Below, in pieces: positions 59,460-64,000 of a DNA stretch of 64,000 nucleotides; the stretch's first letter is position 1; every line of letters starts with the position of its first letter. The stretch comes from a virus. The stretch is from IMG/VR virus record IMGVR_UViG_3300045988_117477, positions 33,725 to 97,724 of that record, one strand, 5' to 3'. The notes below the pieces were generated by a model that saw only the letters and a program-made list of their open reading frames with translations, did not search any database and had not been told where the DNA came from. The position numbers and the translations under genes are program-made.

Positions 59460-60269
59460 CTATTCTTCTAAATCATTCTCTATCATAACTTCCTTTATCA
59501 ATTCATCTGTCTCCTCGTAACATCCCCAGCAAGAATCAACCTCTTCCCATTCTTCACAATCTTCATCCTCTCTTGATTCGTCTTTGTATTTCTTGGTAAA
59601 TGCTACCTTCTTTTCAAGAACGTACCCTTTTACATCTCCCCACATCCACATACCTATGGACTTTACTTCATTATCTATAATTTTGGCACAATCTTCTTTC
59701 CAGTCTCCTTCCTTATCGCAGACTTCATTATCATATTTTTCTTTTGTAACGTATGCTATCCCTTTTATATAATCACCTTGACTATAACCCCTTGTTGACC
59801 ACTCTATAGCCACCACATCTTTTCCATATTTGGATATGATATCTAACAAATCTTCGTCATCCAGATCCTCTATTAATTCCCCTCTGCAATCAAAGTCCGT
59901 CAAATCACTTGGAAAAAACTCTTGACCTATATATGGACTTGTCTTATGCTTCAACTCCCATACATTGCTACCTCTGTTGTATGTGAATGAGATCCCATTC
60001 GCTTCCCCTTTCTTTAAATATTTTACAATGTCTTTCTGTTCTATATGCTTCATTACAATAGCATCAATAACATCTCTAAGATTATGCTTGTTATCGTAGA
60101 AGAAAGTTTTCCAATTGCATTCATCATGCAATCGATGCATATCAGAGTATTCAAAAAAGAATGACCCAAACAAACCCCAATTAGTTATAGGGCATTCTGA
60201 ATCATGGCAATAATACACTTTAATGCGATAATCGCCTACTTCTTTTGTTGTAATAAGATCGTCTTCCAT
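59460..60269 (-). CDS. Hypothetical acidic protein.
   Basis: 269 aa ORF with an Asp/Glu-rich C-terminus. Confidence 0.4.
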   Translation of the reverse strand: MEDDLITTKEVGDYRIKVYYCHDSECPITNWGLFGSFFFEYSDMHRLHDECNWKTFFYDNKHNLRDVIDAIVMKHIEQKDIVKYLKKGEANGISFTYNRGSNVWELKHKTSPYIGQEFFPSDLTDFDCRGELIEDLDDEDLLDIISKYGKDVVAIEWSTRGYSQGDYIKGIAYVTKEKYDNEVCDKEGDWKEDCAKIIDNEVKSIGMWMWGDVKGYVLEKKVAFTKKYKDESREDEDCEEWEEVDSCWGCYEETDELIKEVMIENDLEE

Positions 60270-60280
60270 GTCTTTATATT

Positions 60281-60733
60281 TTAAATAGTTCTTAATTTTT
60301 CTTCGATAAATTCATCTATTACATCATAGTATGAGCCATCAAAATCCCCATATTTCTCTGTAAACTCTTTAGTCCACTCTTGAATGATGGCAAATGCCTC
60401 TTCCCTGCTACATTCTTTTAATCCCATTAGATCATCCACGGCTATCACCGACATCTCTTGCAGATTTCGTAAATAATTCAAATCTATGCTATATGGTAGC
60501 TTGCCTACTTCTATACATACATAATGACCTTGTTTAAAGGCATCCTGCAAGTCTTCAAGACTCTCTATCAATGACTCAGACTCATCATCTATTCTTATCT
60601 TGTATAACTCAAAATCTTCATTTTCTGCCGACACCCATATCTTATAGGCTTTTTCGTTGGACAATCTTTTCCAAACAAATCCGTCACTGAATACAATTAG
60701 GCTACCTGTTACTATCGTATTTTTCATAACCAC
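60281..60733 (-). CDS. Hypothetical protein.
   Basis: 150 aa ORF. Confidence 0.35.
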   Translation of the reverse strand: MVMKNTIVTGSLIVFSDGFVWKRLSNEKAYKIWVSAENEDFELYKIRIDDESESLIESLEDLQDAFKQGHYVCIEVGKLPYSIDLNYLRNLQEMSVIAVDDLMGLKECSREEAFAIIQEWTKEFTEKYGDFDGSYYDVIDEFIEEKLRTI

Positions 60734-60735
60734 TT

Positions 60736-61050
60736 TTAATCTGTTATTCTGTAATAATAATCAAGTTCTTCTCCCTTAAAGTTGTTCATGGCATACTCGT
60801 CAGCTTCTCGCCACAACCGGTCATACAATGCAGCCAGTTCGCGATCACCTTCATAATGCTGCCAGATTTTATGATTCAATACAAGCGTTAATTCCGTGAA
60901 AAACTTATAATCATCTTTCCATTCATTAAACGCACGTCTGTAGGTATCCTTGACACCTGCTATACCATACTTGTCGGCTATACTAAAATCTTCCCAAAAG
61001 GTAGTCAGTAGGTTATAGCCCACTTCTTTCATAAATTCTTTGAATGTCAT
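60736..61050 (-). CDS. Hypothetical protein.
   Basis: 104 aa ORF. Confidence 0.35.
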   Translation of the reverse strand: MTFKEFMKEVGYNLLTTFWEDFSIADKYGIAGVKDTYRRAFNEWKDDYKFFTELTLVLNHKIWQHYEGDRELAALYDRLWREADEYAMNNFKGEELDYYYRITD

Positions 61051-61470
61051 AAACTATTATTTTAGGTATATAATTATCTTATCTTATCAATGACCTCTCT
61101 CTTGAACTCGTAATATTCATATATGCGACCTTTATAATCAGCCACCATTTCTTAAAATTACTTCTGCTTCTTCTGCGCTGTTAAGTTTTAATTCGTTTCC
61201 CATTTTATGTATTGTTTTCGCCGTTCACTATCTGATTAATGTATGGCCCTGGCCACGAACAGCCAGGCTGGCCTCATGGCAGGACGGGCGCCTCCTTACC
61301 CTGGCTGCTCTGCCCACTCCCTGTATCCTACGTTAAAACCAATAGGATCATACCTTTTGATCATAGTACCATAATTCTCTCTACCACAATATCTGTTCTT
61401 TCCTCCAATAATCCATTTCTCATCGTCTCCATCTGGAGATATGGAGTTAAGATACTTCTCATAATCTTTC

Positions 61471-61839
61471 CTACTCTTCCCCATCTTTGTCTTGATTTAA
61501 GCAATAGTTAATAAAATAAGCAACCTGTTCATTTTCCCCTGGATTACTATAATCATATAAAGTCATGTCAATATAATCCAACATAACTACACGAAAATCG
61601 TTTTTTTTGACATACACTTTCGTTAAATACATAGAAATTCCATCAATTTCTATTACCACTGGAAACTGATCATCAAAGTCAAACGCATTATTAGTTTCTT
61701 TAAATTCTTTAAACTCTTTAAATTTTAGCTTTACGCTTCCACCGTTCTCCAATAATGCTTCCTTGATATACTTTAATCTTTTTGCATTCAGATCGACCTC
61801 TGCTTCTTCTATTTCTTTATACAATTTATTTAGATCCAT
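61471..61839 (-). CDS. Hypothetical protein.
   Basis: 122 aa ORF. Confidence 0.35.
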   Translation of the reverse strand: MDLNKLYKEIEEAEVDLNAKRLKYIKEALLENGGSVKLKFKEFKEFKETNNAFDFDDQFPVVIEIDGISMYLTKVYVKKNDFRVVMLDYIDMTLYDYSNPGENEQVAYFINYCLNQDKDGEE

Positions 61840-62344
61840 ATTCCACTATATTTATATTATCGAATTTTTCTTTTATAATATCCGCTCTGTACTCGTTTGT
61901 TACCATAGCATGCTTGCCTGGCTTCATTCTCCACAAATTAAAATACCTTGTCACATTCATAGTGGCATTAAATAATGATATTTCATATCTTGTGTTTCCA
62001 TTTTTATCACGCTCTATGTTTTTAACATAACATATGTCTGGCTTGTATTTGAAATAATTAAAAAGCCTATACCATCCCTTCCCGTTACATGTTTCACGAT
62101 TCCATATTCCAGCAAGCTTCCTATATCCCCTTACCGGTATTTTCTCTATTTCTTTTGGTACGATTTCAATATACTTTCCTTCTCCGATTGGTATAGTCAT
62201 ATTACCTGCCTCTTCCGTACAAAAGTATTCTATTTCAGATGCCATATCTTTATATACATAGAACCGGTATAGGTTCCCGTCAGGGTCTACCCGATCCATA
62301 TAGTATAATATCACTTTGTCTACTTCTATTCTTATTTTCTCCAT
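61826..62344 (-). CDS. Hypothetical protein. Start trimmed to the internal Met (MEKIRIEV), because the longer ORF would run through the terminator.
   Basis: GGAGGA-like SD 5 nt before Met 62344. The track ORF extends to 62416 across the hairpin. Confidence 0.4.
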   Translation of the reverse strand: MEKIRIEVDKVILYYMDRVDPDGNLYRFYVYKDMASEIEYFCTEEAGNMTIPIGEGKYIEIVPKEIEKIPVRGYRKLAGIWNRETCNGKGWYRLFNYFKYKPDICYVKNIERDKNGNTRYEISLFNATMNVTRYFNLWRMKPGKHAMVTNEYRADIIKEKFDNINIVEYGSK

Positions 62345-62364
62345 CTTTGTCCTCCTTTCTTGAA

Positions 62365-62402
62365 TAAAAAAAACGGCACCTATCTTCACAGACCAGTGCC
62401 GG
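62365..62402 (-). terminator. Rho-independent terminator on the - strand (CGGCAC..GTGCCG stem plus T9).
   Basis: 6-bp stem with a 17-nt loop, followed on the - strand by TTTTTTTTT. Lies downstream of gene 62423..62827. Confidence 0.45.
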
Positions 62403-62422
62403 CAACTAACTCGCATGGAAAA

Positions 62423-62827
62423 CTACTTAACCTCAACTAATTCTACAGAGTTGTAGAATTTAGTGAAGCTACCAACAAATTCTCTTATATTTTTATATTC
62501 TTCTGGTCGTTTTCTGTTACCGTCTTTTATATAATTCACCCACAGTCTATCCTCTATGTTCTTAATCGCATTCTCTATCGTAAATTCGTCGCTGACACAC
62601 ATTAAACACGAAGACCCTGTTTTCTTATGCGGTTTGTACATTCTTGAAAAAGACCATATTTTTATTCTGTCGTATATATATCCGTTATTAGGATAAACGA
62701 ACCCTATTCGACTGTCACCTTCTTTAGCGTAAAACACACCTGGCTCTTTCCCACCTTTCTTATACACAATAAATCCTTTTTCTTTTAGGATCTTAGCTAT
62801 CTTATTTATCTTGTTCTCTACGTTCAT
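62423..62827 (-). CDS. Hypothetical protein.
   Basis: 134 aa ORF. Confidence 0.35.
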   Translation of the reverse strand: MNVENKINKIAKILKEKGFIVYKKGGKEPGVFYAKEGDSRIGFVYPNNGYIYDRIKIWSFSRMYKPHKKTGSSCLMCVSDEFTIENAIKNIEDRLWVNYIKDGNRKRPEEYKNIREFVGSFTKFYNSVELVEVK

Positions 62828-63284
62828 TGTAATGCAAGTATTTAAAAACGACCCTCATTATAGTTGCGAAGTTCTCTATCTTAACCCACTCATGAGCTAC
62901 TGCTCTAAGTACAGATGTCTCATATGTTGGAATATTGTCTTCTTCAAGCACCTTACAAGAAGCCAGAACTCCTTCTGTCGGCTTCAGTCCACAGTCATGC
63001 AGCTCGCATAGACCGTCCGGCCGGCGGAACACGCACCACCCGTCTTTCTCTGTTGGTTGGATCATCGCTATTGGTTTTTCTTTCACTGCAAGATACCCCA
63101 CCATCCACATTGTCTCTTTTAGCCTGTCAGCATATCCTGCATCTATGATAGCTTCTATGTCCTTTGGTGTACCAATACAAGGAACCTTACACATGTTCTT
63201 GCATTTATCACATGTACAAGGCTGCTCCCATCTATTATGATCTATGCCAACCAACCTCTTTATCCGTTCTACTTCTTCTTTCAT
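62802..63284 (-). CDS. Hypothetical Cys-containing protein.
   Basis: 160 aa ORF with CTCDKCKNMCKVPC. Confidence 0.35.
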   Translation of the reverse strand: MKEEVERIKRLVGIDHNRWEQPCTCDKCKNMCKVPCIGTPKDIEAIIDAGYADRLKETMWMVGYLAVKEKPIAMIQPTEKDGWCVFRRPDGLCELHDCGLKPTEGVLASCKVLEEDNIPTYETSVLRAVAHEWVKIENFATIMRVVFKYLHYNERREQDK

Positions 63285-63285
63285 A

Positions 63286-63570
63286 TTATACTGTCTCTGT
63301 TAGTTTTTCATAATACAACTTCATTTCCGGTGAAGCGTATTCCATGAACGCTTCGAATAAGCGAGGTACCTCTATTATCATATTCACATTACAACCTTCT
63401 ACCTGTGAAAGCAATTCAAGATCATTACTGTATGAACACGTTACATGAGCTCCTACATTAAACACATGCAAATCTAATCTTGCATATTCCATACACAAAT
63501 CTAACGCCTTAAACAAGTTCTCTACCTCAATCTCCTGAAATAGGTCTATAAACATTCTTAAATCCATCAT
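63286..63570 (-). CDS. Hypothetical protein.
   Basis: 94 aa ORF. Confidence 0.3.
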   Translation of the reverse strand: MMDLRMFIDLFQEIEVENLFKALDLCMEYARLDLHVFNVGAHVTCSYSNDLELLSQVEGCNVNMIIEVPRLFEAFMEYASPEMKLYYEKLTETV

Positions 63571-63950
63571 TTTATCACCCTTTCCACGTGTTTAATTAAT
63601 ACTACTGCTATTCCCTTACCGGTTTTTATCGCACATTCCGACCCTTTTATCCATTCTACACACCCTACATACTTTTCCGTAGCATGAAATCTGGGATTGT
63701 ATTTTCCAGATGTACTGAACTCTACCGTATCCCCTACCTTCAAATCATCAAAAGCAATAGACCATGTGGTCCAAATTCTATCATGTCTCCCAGGCTGAAT
63801 GGCTCCGATTACGCCTTTTTTACGACCGTTTTTTATCGCCCTTAGTATTATCTTTCTATCACCTTCGATAAGGCTGCAAAAGCGCCCGTAAAAGGTCAAA
63901 TCAACCTGTTTTCCTCCTATTTCTTCTCTTATTTTTGTTATTCTGTTCAT
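63567..63950 (-). CDS. Hypothetical protein.
   Basis: 127 aa ORF. Confidence 0.35.
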   Translation of the reverse strand: MNRITKIREEIGGKQVDLTFYGRFCSLIEGDRKIILRAIKNGRKKGVIGAIQPGRHDRIWTTWSIAFDDLKVGDTVEFSTSGKYNPRFHATEKYVGCVEWIKGSECAIKTGKGIAVVLIKHVERVIK

Positions 63951-64000
63951 TTTCTGATTTTGTTTTATTTTTTTCTTTGTTTTTTCTATCTTCTATAGAA

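Noticed and set aside
1-64000. A eukaryotic giant-virus origin, with the TnpB-like genes being Fanzor.
   Set aside because: Prokaryote-type features argue against it: lipoprotein lipobox, the NfeD-SPFH operon, IscB with HNH, a Dam_MT NPPY methylase, DnaB-like helicase, SD sequences, TAnnTTTG motifs, and densely overlapping small genes. A bacteriophage is much more likely.
1-64000. CRISPR arrays, tRNA genes, rRNA.
   Set aside because: No arrays of regularly spaced direct repeats were seen. No intergenic segment shows a tRNA-like acceptor / T-arm (GTTCRA) pattern. No rRNA-like sequence was found.

Overview
This window is AT-rich (about one-third GC by eye) and densely coding, with many short genes. 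I read it as part of a large tailed dsDNA bacteriophage genome, probably of a Bacteroidota host. Two things support that host call. TAnnTTTG -7 promoter-like motifs sit upstream of several + strand genes, and ORF 23237..23482 has a lipoprotein signal peptide and lipobox. I cannot prove either the phage or the host assignment without a database search.

Architecture:
- A + strand block (1 to about 22.5 kb) holds very large proteins, likely virion-associated, plus a run of small genes. The first ORF is 5' truncated: its reading frame is open from nt 2, so it continues upstream of the window. The largest ORFs are 947+, 751 and 2137 aa.
- A rho-independent terminator at 22686..22727 closes the + block.
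- A - strand block (22.7 to 64 kb) follows. It encodes replication and nucleic-acid enzymes: an SF2 helicase, a DnaB-like helicase, a primase-like Zn/Toprim protein, a Cas4-like Fe-S nuclease, a second PD-(D/E)xK-like nuclease, a Dam-type N6-adenine methyltransferase, a Pol-beta-fold nucleotidyltransferase and an ABC-type ATPase. It also carries dozens of small hypothetical ORFs.

The most notable content:
- Three OMEGA-type RNA-guided nuclease genes with no TnpA present. The first is an IscB (41404..42630, -) with a 460-bp non-coding upstream region that is a candidate omega-RNA. The second is a TnpB-like gene (43601..44776, -) only about 1 kb away. The third is a TnpB-like gene (12076..13287, +) in the + block.
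- An NfeD / flotillin (SPFH, YqiK-like) / acyl-carrier-protein operon (31143..33610, -).
- A cluster of low-complexity proteins rich in Gly, Asn, Gln, Cys and Arg-Gly (7690..10055, +).
- About a dozen short islands of roughly 50-140 bp with GC well above 60% and GC-rich third codon positions. They are embedded in the AT-rich background, in coding and non-coding positions alike.
- Dispersed and tandem paralog pairs.
- An open reading frame about 105 codons long with no ATG, sitting in a +1 frame directly after another gene.

I found no rRNA, tRNA or CRISPR array. Every product call is based on motifs read by eye and remains unverified.
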